Assembly (NCBI GenBank): GCA_965603705.1 | Contig: CBFDDY010000002.1 | Coordinates: 1 to 44,223 of the forward strand | From: an uncultured bacterium | GTDB lineage: Bacteria; Acidobacteriota; Aminicenantia; Aminicenantales; Aminicenantaceae | Direction: 5' to 3' | Length of the DNA: 44,223 nucleotides | Shown here: positions 1-7,576 of the stretch, piece by piece | How the letters are laid out: the number at the start of each line of letters is the position of its first letter | Position numbering within the stretch: the stretch's first letter is position 1 | Position numbers and translations under genes: made by a program | The notes under the pieces: model-generated | Database searches by the model: none | What the model was told of the DNA's origin: nothing | Seen by the model: the letters and a program-made list of their open reading frames with translations, nothing else

Positions 1-20
1 ACTCCTGTGGGTATACTGCG

Positions 21-49
21 TTGACTTAAAAAGAGTTAGTAGATATGAT
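21..49 (+). promoter_or_regulatory. Sigma70-like promoter TTGACT-N17-TATGAT
   Basis: TTGACT lies at 21-26, followed by a 17-nt spacer and TATGAT at 44-49. The -10 abuts the ATG at 50 and sits 9 nt before the ATG at 59, which implies a near-leaderless transcript starting at about 56-59. Confidence 0.4.
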
Positions 50-1282
50 ATGTGGCTAATGAAAAAAATTAGACTTCATACAAAAATTTTTCTGGGATTG
101 GTATTAGGAATAATTGCCGGATTGATCTTTGGAGAAAAAGTCCTTCTTATTGAGCCCATCGGTACTGTTTTCCTGCGCATGATCACAATGATAGTAGTGC
201 CTTTAGTATTTGTCTCTCTAATGCTGGGAACCGCAAGCCTGGGCGATGTGCGAAAATTAGGGCGTATCGGCGCAAAAACAGCAGTTTACTTCGTAGTAAC
301 GACCATCATTGCCATAGTCATAGGACTGGTCTTAGCTAATGTTGTTCGGCCCGGAGATGGCCTGAATGAAAACATTAAAACAGAGCTGTATAAAAACTAT
401 GAAGCCAAGGCCCAGGACGGCATAAAATATATGGAAGAAAAACCATCAATCATAGAGATACTGATAAATATAGTTCCCACTAACCCGGTAGCGGCCTTTA
501 TTGAAGGCAATATGCTACAGATTATCTTCATGGCACTTCTATTTGGAGTAGTTCTGACTCTGATCAAAGAGGAAAAATCCAAACTGATAATCAATTTCCT
601 GGACGGGCTGAATGATATGCTTATCCAGGTCGTGCATATTGTCATGAAACTTGCCCCTTATGGAGTTTTGGCTCTCAGCGCAGCTGTTATCGGCCAATAC
701 GGAATTGATATCCTTATAACTCTATTAAAATACTCCCTGGTTGTTAGCTTTGGGCTTGTTTTTTATGGCCTCAGTATAAACAGTCTTTCAGTCAGCTTTC
801 TCGGAGATACTAGCCCGCTACAATTCTTCAGAGCCGCAAAAGAAGCAATAATCATCGCTTTCAGCACTTCCAGTTCAATGGCAACCTTGCCGGTTGCTAT
901 GGATGGAGTAGAACACCTCGGGGTAAAACGGGAATACTCAAGCTTTGTGATTCCTCTGGGAGCTACTGTAAACATGGACGGAACTGCCCTGTATCAGGGA
1001 GTCTCCGCAATTTTTATCGCCCAGATCTATGGAATCCATCTTGGCATCACTGGCCAAGTCACAATAGTTCTTATGGCGGTACTTTCTTCAATCGGGGCTG
1101 CAGGTGTGCCGATGGCAGGGATAATCGCCCTTGCCCTGGTATTAAAACAACTGGGCATTCCCCTGGAAGGCATTGCCCTGATCCTGGGAGTGGAGAGACT
1201 GTTAGATATGATGCGCACAAGTGTTAATGTCATCGGGAATATGGCTTGTGCCGTAGTAATTCAAAATATGGAGGAAAAATAG
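50..1282 (+). CDS. Dicarboxylate/amino acid:cation symporter (DAACS/SLC1 family, GltP/GltT/SstT-like)
   Basis: 410-aa polytopic ORF with two family signatures: AFSTSSSMATLP (HP1 SSS motif) and NMDGTALYQ (NMDG motif). It also has a Gly/Ala-rich HP2-like segment, IGAAGVPMAGI. The real start may be the ATG at 59 (MKKIRL), given the promoter position. Confidence 0.9.
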   Translation: MWLMKKIRLHTKIFLGLVLGIIAGLIFGEKVLLIEPIGTVFLRMITMIVVPLVFVSLMLGTASLGDVRKLGRIGAKTAVYFVVTTIIAIVIGLVLANVVRPGDGLNENIKTELYKNYEAKAQDGIKYMEEKPSIIEILINIVPTNPVAAFIEGNMLQIIFMALLFGVVLTLIKEEKSKLIINFLDGLNDMLIQVVHIVMKLAPYGVLALSAAVIGQYGIDILITLLKYSLVVSFGLVFYGLSINSLSVSFLGDTSPLQFFRAAKEAIIIAFSTSSSMATLPVAMDGVEHLGVKREYSSFVIPLGATVNMDGTALYQGVSAIFIAQIYGIHLGITGQVTIVLMAVLSSIGAAGVPMAGIIALALVLKQLGIPLEGIALILGVERLLDMMRTSVNVIGNMACAVVIQNMEEK

Positions 1283-1286
1283 AAAA

Positions 1287-2267
1287 ATGGCTTCTCTCTC
1301 CTATTGGGCCCGGCTTCTAAAGCTATTCTATCACTACCAGAAAAAATCCTCTACACTGCCTTACATGCCGATCCGCCTCTGGGTGGAATTGACAAGTTTC
1401 TGCAACTTTAGATGTGTCATGTGTCCGAACAAAGACCTTGAAAAAAAGGATAAAGGTTATATGGACATGGACCTGTACCGAAAGATCGTAGATGAGGCTA
1501 AGGAATTTATATTTGATATAAATCTTAACCACCGGGGAGAATCACTTCTCCATCCCGAGATCGTTGAGGCAATAAAATACGCCAAGCAAAATAAAATGTT
1601 TGCCCGCTTGCACACCAATGCTTCTCTCTTATCAGAAGACCTGGCAAAAAATATCATAACGGCCGGGCTTGACAGGATCTCCTTTTCCTTTGACGGGTAT
1701 ACAAAGGAAACTTACGAAAAAATCCGCCGGGGAGGGGATTTTGATAAAACAATTAAAAATATATTACGCTTTTTAGAAATAAAAAAATCCGCCGGGGCTA
1801 AAACTCCTCAGACAGCTATTGAAGCAATAGACTTTGAAAAAACAGCCGGAGAAGAACTCGAACAAGCTAAGCGAGAATTCAGAAGCCGCTTCCGGGACCT
1901 GCCTCCAGACAGTTTTGTTATAAAAGAATTTCATAACTGGGCCGGAGAAATAAAAAAGAAGAAACATAATCCTGATAACTACTCGGTCTGCCCCTTTCCC
2001 TGGAATGCACTAATAATCCTATGGGACGGTTCGGTCCTCCCATGCACCCAGGATTTTTTTAACCAGCATAGCATCGGGAATGTTAAAGACAATTCCATCA
2101 GGGAGATCTGGAACGGTGATAAGATAATCCATCTGAGAAAAAAATTAACAGAACAGGACCTGGATGAATTCAAGACATGTTCCAATTGTGACCGGATATG
2201 GCGAAAAGGCTTTTTCGGAGTTCCCAAAAAATATATCTGGAAATTTATCTCAAAAAGGATGCCCTGA
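1287..2267 (+). CDS. Radical SAM enzyme with C-terminal SPASM/twitch-like Cys-rich domain
   Basis: CNFRCVMC provides the CX3CX2C radical SAM cluster motif near the N-terminus. The C-terminal cysteines (CPFPW...LPCTQDF...CSNCD) are typical of an auxiliary Fe-S domain. The gene starts 4 nt after the transporter stop. Confidence 0.85.
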   Translation: MASLSYWARLLKLFYHYQKKSSTLPYMPIRLWVELTSFCNFRCVMCPNKDLEKKDKGYMDMDLYRKIVDEAKEFIFDINLNHRGESLLHPEIVEAIKYAKQNKMFARLHTNASLLSEDLAKNIITAGLDRISFSFDGYTKETYEKIRRGGDFDKTIKNILRFLEIKKSAGAKTPQTAIEAIDFEKTAGEELEQAKREFRSRFRDLPPDSFVIKEFHNWAGEIKKKKHNPDNYSVCPFPWNALIILWDGSVLPCTQDFFNQHSIGNVKDNSIREIWNGDKIIHLRKKLTEQDLDEFKTCSNCDRIWRKGFFGVPKKYIWKFISKRMP

Positions 2268-2268
2268 A

Positions 2269-3156
2269 TTAATCCTGAACTGTTTTTTTTTGTTTACTTC
2301 TGTCTTTTATCTTCCAGGCTGGGTAACCGAGGATAACCGAGTACTCTTTGAAAGATTTAGTTACAACCGATGCCGCTCCCACAATGCATCCTTTTTTTAG
2401 GGAAACCCCATCCAGGACGATAGTCCCTGCCCCCAACCAGACATCATCTTCTATCTGTATTCCGCCTTTGGAAACCGAAGGCTGGAACATGATGGGAATA
2501 GAAATATCATCAAAGGTGTGATTTCCGCCAGCAACAAGATAGCACTGTCCTGCTACAAAACAATATTTTCCTATCCTTATCTTTGTTTCTGAAAGCAGTG
2601 TGCAGTTAGATGAAATATTACAGTAATCACCCAGATAAATAGAGCCACCCTTGCAGCTAATGATAGTGTTTCTACCCACATAAACATTTTCTCCGAGATG
2701 AACGCCTTCGTTTTTCTCTCCCTTCGCATCCAGCACTACATTATCATCAATAACTGTATGATCCCCTATGCTGATCTTATGGGGTTGACGCAGGGTAAGA
2801 TTACGCCCAAATACAACTCCTCTCCCTACTTTCCGAAAAAGAAAAGGATAAAATATCTTCCTTACAAATAGCCCCAGCGCACCTGGAATCCAGGAAAAGA
2901 AAAATGTTATGAACTCGTACTTGAGCAAAGTGAAAAAACCTTTTTCCCCGATAACAATAGATGAATATTTATGGAGGGATGATTTCTTCTCATCAATTAT
3001 TTTTTTCTGCATACTGTGTTTAAACTCTTCATTCATTTTGTATATCATAAAAAAAAATACAATAAAAATCCAGAAAGCAATTAAACCTGGACTATTCACC
3101 CTGGCATGGAAACAGGTAAGTCCATGCCCGCTTCCCATTTGCAGGTACAAAGCCAC
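2269..3156 (-). CDS. Hexapeptide-repeat (left-handed beta-helix) O-acyltransferase with N-terminal membrane segment, WcaF-like
   Basis: The C-terminal half carries repeated [LIV]-G-x4 hexapeptide turns (ISIGDHTVIDDNVVLD, VHLGENVYVGRNTII, IYLGDYCNISSNCTLL, IRIGKYCFVAGQCYLV, IEDDVWLGAGTIVLDG). A hydrophobic N-terminal segment is also present. The true start is probably the internal ATG at 3048 or 3036 (MIYKMNEEF...). Confidence 0.75.
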   Translation of the reverse strand: MALYLQMGSGHGLTCFHARVNSPGLIAFWIFIVFFFMIYKMNEEFKHSMQKKIIDEKKSSLHKYSSIVIGEKGFFTLLKYEFITFFFSWIPGALGLFVRKIFYPFLFRKVGRGVVFGRNLTLRQPHKISIGDHTVIDDNVVLDAKGEKNEGVHLGENVYVGRNTIISCKGGSIYLGDYCNISSNCTLLSETKIRIGKYCFVAGQCYLVAGGNHTFDDISIPIMFQPSVSKGGIQIEDDVWLGAGTIVLDGVSLKKGCIVGAASVVTKSFKEYSVILGYPAWKIKDRSKQKKTVQD

Positions 3157-3159
3157 ACC

Positions 3160-3204
3160 TGAATTTCATCCATATGTTGCCTTGACACTGAATTTCATCC
3201 ATAT
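3160..3204 (+). promoter_or_regulatory. Two copies of a 16-nt direct repeat TGAATTTCATCCATAT (candidate transcription-factor site)
   Basis: Exact 16-mers lie at 3160-3175 and 3189-3204, with starts 29 nt apart. Both are preceded by CAC. The second copy abuts the -35 of the promoter at 3204. Confidence 0.45.
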
Positions 3205-3232
3205 TGACATATTTCCGGATTTAGTTTATATA
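3204..3232 (+). promoter_or_regulatory. Sigma70-like promoter TTGACA-N17-TATATA
   Basis: TTGACA lies at 3204-3209, followed by a 17-nt spacer and TATATA at 3227-3232. This is 33 nt upstream of the ATG at 3265. Confidence 0.5.
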
Positions 3233-3264
3233 TTAGTCAGTTACAGTCTAGCAAATCCAAAAAA

Positions 3265-4599
3265 ATGAGACTTGCTTTTATAACAATAATCAAAGTTTTC
3301 ATATTCTTTTATATAACCAATGCAGGAATAATATTTTCTCAACCTGGAGAAGAGGAACAGCAGGTAAATATTTTTACAGAAGGGAATCAGTCAAATCTTA
3401 CGCTTGATGCTGATGATACAGGTGATTTTATCATCGCCTGGGAGAGTGATAGACAGGACAACGGCCTGCCGGGAATCTATGCCCGCAGATATTATAAAAC
3501 AGGATTTCCAAAAGAAGAGAAATTTAAGGTCAACACTTCCTGGGCCCCCCATAACCGGCCAGCAATTGCAGTAGGAAGCCAGGGTAACTTTGTTATCTCG
3601 TGGGAAAATTACTGGATTGAAAATTCAAGCAGTGGAATTGCTGCCCGGATTTTTGATAACAATGGGAGTGCCCTGGGGCAGGAATTCCAAGTAAATGATT
3701 ATATTTCAGATTTCCAGGGCGAGCCGGATATAGCTATAAACAGCACAGGTGAGATTGTCATCACCTGGCAAAGTTGGGGACAAGATGGAGACAGACTTGG
3801 TATCTTCGCCCGAATATTCGACCAAAACGGGATCCCGTTAGGCACAGAATTTCAGGTTAACAGTTATATCTCGAACAACCAGCAACATCCGGCGATAATC
3901 ATGGATAAATACGGATATTTTGTTATTACCTGGTCAAGTTTTGGACAAGATGGAGATAAAACCGCCATCATGGCAAAGAAGTTCGACCAAGATGGAGAAG
4001 CTGCCGGCCCGGAATTTAGAGTCAACTTCTCTTCAGAAGGCTGGCAGGAATGGCCAGCCCTCGCCACAGACAAATGGGGCAATATTATCATCTCCTGGCA
4101 CAGTTACCGGGAAAACGGCCTATCATATGATATTTTCGCCCGGACATTTGATGAAACCCTCACCTTACAAGGGCCGGAATTTCAGGTAAACAGTTACTCA
4201 GATAACTGGCAAGTCTTTCCAGCAGTAGATACAGACTCGGAAGGAAATTTTATAATCACTTGGCAAAGCCTGGGGCAAGACGGCGATTCCTTCGGCATAT
4301 ACGCTCGGCTTTTTGATAAAAACGGACAATCCCTGGGACAAGAATTCCTGATCAACTCAACAACCACAGGGAGCCAGGAGTTAGCGGATATCTATATGAT
4401 CTCACCTGAGATCTTTGGTATTGCCTGGCAAAGTCAACAAAATGAAGAAGCAGGATGGGACCTGTTTAGTAAAGTATATGACCTTCAGTCAACGAATTTA
4501 GAGAATAATTCCGAGAGATATATACAAAAACATGATTCTAAAAAAAATATTTATTTTTCTCACTTTAATATCTATCGCGACAACGCTCCCGGCAGATGA
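3265..4599 (+). CDS. Secreted seven-repeat (55-aa unit) beta-propeller-like protein, function unknown
   Basis: The N-terminus (MRLAFITIIKVFIFFYITNAGIIFSQ) looks like a signal peptide. Seven tandem units follow, with consensus FQVN-Y---Q--P-[IV]-----G-F[IV]I[TS]W-S-GQDGD--GI[FY]AR-FD-NG--LG-E. Confidence 0.8.
   Translation: MRLAFITIIKVFIFFYITNAGIIFSQPGEEEQQVNIFTEGNQSNLTLDADDTGDFIIAWESDRQDNGLPGIYARRYYKTGFPKEEKFKVNTSWAPHNRPAIAVGSQGNFVISWENYWIENSSSGIAARIFDNNGSALGQEFQVNDYISDFQGEPDIAINSTGEIVITWQSWGQDGDRLGIFARIFDQNGIPLGTEFQVNSYISNNQQHPAIIMDKYGYFVITWSSFGQDGDKTAIMAKKFDQDGEAAGPEFRVNFSSEGWQEWPALATDKWGNIIISWHSYRENGLSYDIFARTFDETLTLQGPEFQVNSYSDNWQVFPAVDTDSEGNFIITWQSLGQDGDSFGIYARLFDKNGQSLGQEFLINSTTTGSQELADIYMISPEIFGIAWQSQQNEEAGWDLFSKVYDLQSTNLENNSERYIQKHDSKKNIYFSHFNIYRDNAPGR
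3358..4495 (+). repeat. Intragenic tandem repeat, 7 x ~165 nt (55 codons)
   Basis: Unit starts (the F/Q-QVN codons) fall at 3358, 3523, 3685, 3850, 4015, 4180 and 4345. Spacing is 165 nt, with one 162-nt interval. The units are diverged at DNA level, so the repeat is ancient rather than a recent expansion. Confidence 0.85.
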
Positions 4600-6862
4600 A
4601 TATTGTTTGACCAAAAGAGGAAAAGCAGGCTATCCGTATTTCAACAAAAACGGAAATTTAAATTTTGTCATCTGTGACGATACAGGAAAAGCATACTTAA
4701 TTAGCGCAGCAACGTATATTCCTGATAATATTCCTCCAACAAATATCCAATTTCTTTATACGCTTAGGGAGCCACAAATAAAAAAAGACAGAAATAACCA
4801 GGCCTGGATAATCTGGGAACACGGAAAAGATCAAGAAAAACATGTCTTTTTGGGTAGACTTCAAAAAGATAAAATCTCCGGGGAAAAAAATCTTTCCGCA
4901 GAAATCCGCGGAAGTAACTATTCTCCAAGCCTAATATTTTCTCCTCATAACCAAGCATGGGCAGCCTGGATAAACGTCTGGCAGGGGCAATATCAACTCA
5001 TAGTTAACAATCTGACACTCTCACTTCGATGGAATATCTCGACTGGCAGCTCCTCCATGTATTCCCCCCTGATCATTGTCGACGAGCGCGGAAGGCCATG
5101 GCTCTTCTGGGCAGCCGCAGAGGAGGGACCGGATAAAATATATTATTCTTTTTTTAACGGCGAGATGTGGGCGCCACCGTCAATACTTACTCCCAATCTC
5201 GAGGTGCCGCATTTTCATCCTGCCGTAACTTTACACGAAAATGGATTTCCCTGGGTAACTTGGTGCAGTTATGACGGCCAGGATTATGAGATCTATACAA
5301 CATCATGGAACGGGGAGGAATGGCTTGAGATCGAAAAGATCACAAATAACTCTACTTATTCTGATGTGGAGCCTTCTATCTCACTTTACCTTGATTCCAT
5401 TCCCATGATTTCCTGGACCCGGGCCGGAAACGGAGAAAGAGATATCTTCATCTCCTTTAAGACTGAAGACAATTGGTATCCTGCCATAAATATTTCCCAT
5501 GACTCCACAAGAAGCGGCTCTCCGGTCCTAATCACTGATGGAGACAAAATCGCTGTTTCCTGGAAAGATGAAGAGTACATCTATGCCAAGCATCTTTCCT
5601 TTTTCGAGCTTAAAGCTAATAGACATCCGGAAATGATAAAAGAAGTCAGCATCAGGTCATCGCACCTTGCCCGGAACAGATTTATCGGCTTCGGCGACAG
5701 TATTACTTTCGGCTCCATGAACGGTCCATATATGGGAAAAGGGTATATTCCCCGCTTACAGGAACTTTTAAAAAACATCTATGCTGACCCTTTAGTCTCC
5801 AATAGAGGAGTACCGGGGGAGCCCACCTGGGCAGCTCTGAGCCGGATAGAGAGTGTAATTTCAGCAGACCTTGCTCTTTATCTACTGCTTATGGAAGGAA
5901 CAAATGATGTTACTAAAACTGAATATTCAATAAATACTACGGCCTTCAATCTAAAACAAATCGTCCAAAAAAGTCTTGACTATGGAGTTTTCCCTCTAAT
6001 ATCAACAATTATCCCCCGCGCCAGAAATCGCTGGACAGCAACCGCCCAACAAAGAACATTCGACCTGAACAGCCAAATCGAAACCCTCGCTCAGGATCTT
6101 CATATCCTGTTAGTAGAAAATTTCACGTCATTTTATAATTATCCGGAAGAACAGGGAGGATACGCATCCTTGATCTCAACTGATAACCTTCACCCTAACA
6201 ATACAGGTTACCAGGTAATGGCTGAAACTTGGTATGAAAAAATCAGTTCCGCTCCCTTCCCCCCGGTTAATATTCAGGCATTAATTAAACAGCATGATAA
6301 AGTTATAATCCTTGAGTGGGAGAAAAATGCTAAAGTTATTGCAGCAGCAAAACTTACAAATTACCGTATATATAGGAAAAAATCAGGTGACCCCGGTTTT
6401 ACTGCAGTAGGAATTGTGGACTCGGAACAATTCAGCTATCACGATGAGAATATCGATCCGGAGCAGGAATACATATACGCTTTGAGCTCTATCAATGAAG
6501 ACAATATCGAAGGCCCAATGTCTGAATTCGTTCAACCAATCATAGGAGACCCTTACCCTCCAGTCAATATCTCCACATATACAGTCATTAACAAGGCTTT
6601 TCTCTACCAGGAATACATAAACCGTATAACCTGGGAAAGCAATCCGCAGAATCAGGGCCAGTTCACAATAACAAAATATCGAATATACCGAAAGTCAAGA
6701 GGAGAGGAAGACACTATGTTCGTACAGATCAGTGAGGTCGATGCTTCCCAGACCGAGTTTTTGGACAGGAACCTATCCAGCCAGGAGGAAGCAAACATGT
6801 ACATCTATGGAATCACATCTATAGATGATGATGATAATGAGAGCATAATCAATAAAGGATAA
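4532..6862 (+). CDS. Secreted multidomain protein: six-blade W-rich propeller-like region, SGNH/GDSL hydrolase, two Fn3-like modules
   Basis: Signal peptide MILKKIFIFLTLISIATTLPA. Six repeats of the type G-PW--W...IYY. SGNH blocks are FIGFGDSITFGS (block I), LLLMEGTNDV (block III) and DNLHPNNTGYQ (block V, DxxH). Two C-terminal modules each start P[FY]PPVNI and contain YRIYRK. The gene overlaps the upstream ORF by 68 nt. Confidence 0.85.
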   Translation: MILKKIFIFLTLISIATTLPADEYCLTKRGKAGYPYFNKNGNLNFVICDDTGKAYLISAATYIPDNIPPTNIQFLYTLREPQIKKDRNNQAWIIWEHGKDQEKHVFLGRLQKDKISGEKNLSAEIRGSNYSPSLIFSPHNQAWAAWINVWQGQYQLIVNNLTLSLRWNISTGSSSMYSPLIIVDERGRPWLFWAAAEEGPDKIYYSFFNGEMWAPPSILTPNLEVPHFHPAVTLHENGFPWVTWCSYDGQDYEIYTTSWNGEEWLEIEKITNNSTYSDVEPSISLYLDSIPMISWTRAGNGERDIFISFKTEDNWYPAINISHDSTRSGSPVLITDGDKIAVSWKDEEYIYAKHLSFFELKANRHPEMIKEVSIRSSHLARNRFIGFGDSITFGSMNGPYMGKGYIPRLQELLKNIYADPLVSNRGVPGEPTWAALSRIESVISADLALYLLLMEGTNDVTKTEYSINTTAFNLKQIVQKSLDYGVFPLISTIIPRARNRWTATAQQRTFDLNSQIETLAQDLHILLVENFTSFYNYPEEQGGYASLISTDNLHPNNTGYQVMAETWYEKISSAPFPPVNIQALIKQHDKVIILEWEKNAKVIAAAKLTNYRIYRKKSGDPGFTAVGIVDSEQFSYHDENIDPEQEYIYALSSINEDNIEGPMSEFVQPIIGDPYPPVNISTYTVINKAFLYQEYINRITWESNPQNQGQFTITKYRIYRKSRGEEDTMFVQISEVDASQTEFLDRNLSSQEEANMYIYGITSIDDDDNESIINKG

Positions 6863-6865
6863 AAA

Positions 6866-7546
6866 ATGAACACATTTTCAGATTTCTGTGTTATTATCCC
6901 GACAATCAATGAAGCTTATACTATTGGTGAGATTCTCGATGAAGTAAAACAATATACAGATAATATCCTGGTTGTGGACGGCCATTCAAATGACGATACA
7001 ATTAAAGTAGTCAATCAGAAAGGCATAAAGCACGTCCTGGACAATAAGAAAGGTAAGGGGGATGCACTTAAGGTTGGCGTAAGCCATACAGATAGAGACA
7101 TCATTGTTTTCCTGGATGCTGACGGTTCGCATGAAGTCTCTGATATCCCCAAACTGTTAGAGCCTATAAGAGAAGGGAAGGCTGATCTTGTGGTCGGCTC
7201 CCGCATTCTGGGCGGCAGCGACGAACTGCACGGCACTTTTAATAAATTTATACGCAATACCGGCACTAATTTTCTGGCGGTTCTTGTCAATAAAAAATGG
7301 AAAACAGAATTGTCCGATATTGAAAACGGCTTCAGGGCAATACGACGAGAAGTCTTTACCCATATCCAGTTATCAGCTCAGGGATTCACAGTAGAACAGG
7401 AAATGGTGCTGCGTTGTTTAAAAAATAAATTTTCCGTTATGGAAATCGCCAGCCATGAGTACGCCAGGAAATCAGGTTATTCAAAACTCAAGACTATACA
7501 AGGATTTAAATTTCTGCTCCATTTCTTCAAGGAATTCTTTTTATGA
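6866..7546 (+). CDS. Family 2 glycosyltransferase, soluble Dpm1/ArnC-like (polyprenyl-phosphate sugar synthase type)
   Basis: GT-A signatures VIIPTINE, VVDGHSNDDT and FLDADGSH (DxD). The protein is 226 aa with no TM segment and starts 3 nt after the upstream stop. Confidence 0.85.
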   Translation: MNTFSDFCVIIPTINEAYTIGEILDEVKQYTDNILVVDGHSNDDTIKVVNQKGIKHVLDNKKGKGDALKVGVSHTDRDIIVFLDADGSHEVSDIPKLLEPIREGKADLVVGSRILGGSDELHGTFNKFIRNTGTNFLAVLVNKKWKTELSDIENGFRAIRREVFTHIQLSAQGFTVEQEMVLRCLKNKFSVMEIASHEYARKSGYSKLKTIQGFKFLLHFFKEFFL

Positions 7547-7576
7547 TTTCTAAACCTATAGGGTATGACTTTTTTT

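Noticed and set aside
397-1233. Antisense and out-of-frame ORFs of 60-128 aa listed in the ORF track. Examples are 397-645, 763-975 and 1027-1233. Similar ones lie inside nearly every large gene, such as 16538-16924, 21016-21568, 25115-25483 and 26362-27150.
   Set aside because: Each lies wholly inside a longer ORF that has clear family motifs on another frame or strand. Their translations are low-complexity or Ser/Pro/Arg-rich mirror products with no recognisable motif, start context or promoter.
4532-4599. The 68-nt overlap between 3265-4599 and 4532-6862, read as a possible frameshifted or fused single gene.
   Set aside because: The second ORF begins with a canonical signal peptide (MILKKIFIFLTLISIATTLPA), and the first ORF has already completed its seventh repeat. 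Two separate genes with an overlapping tail is the simpler reading. An assembly indel cannot be fully excluded.
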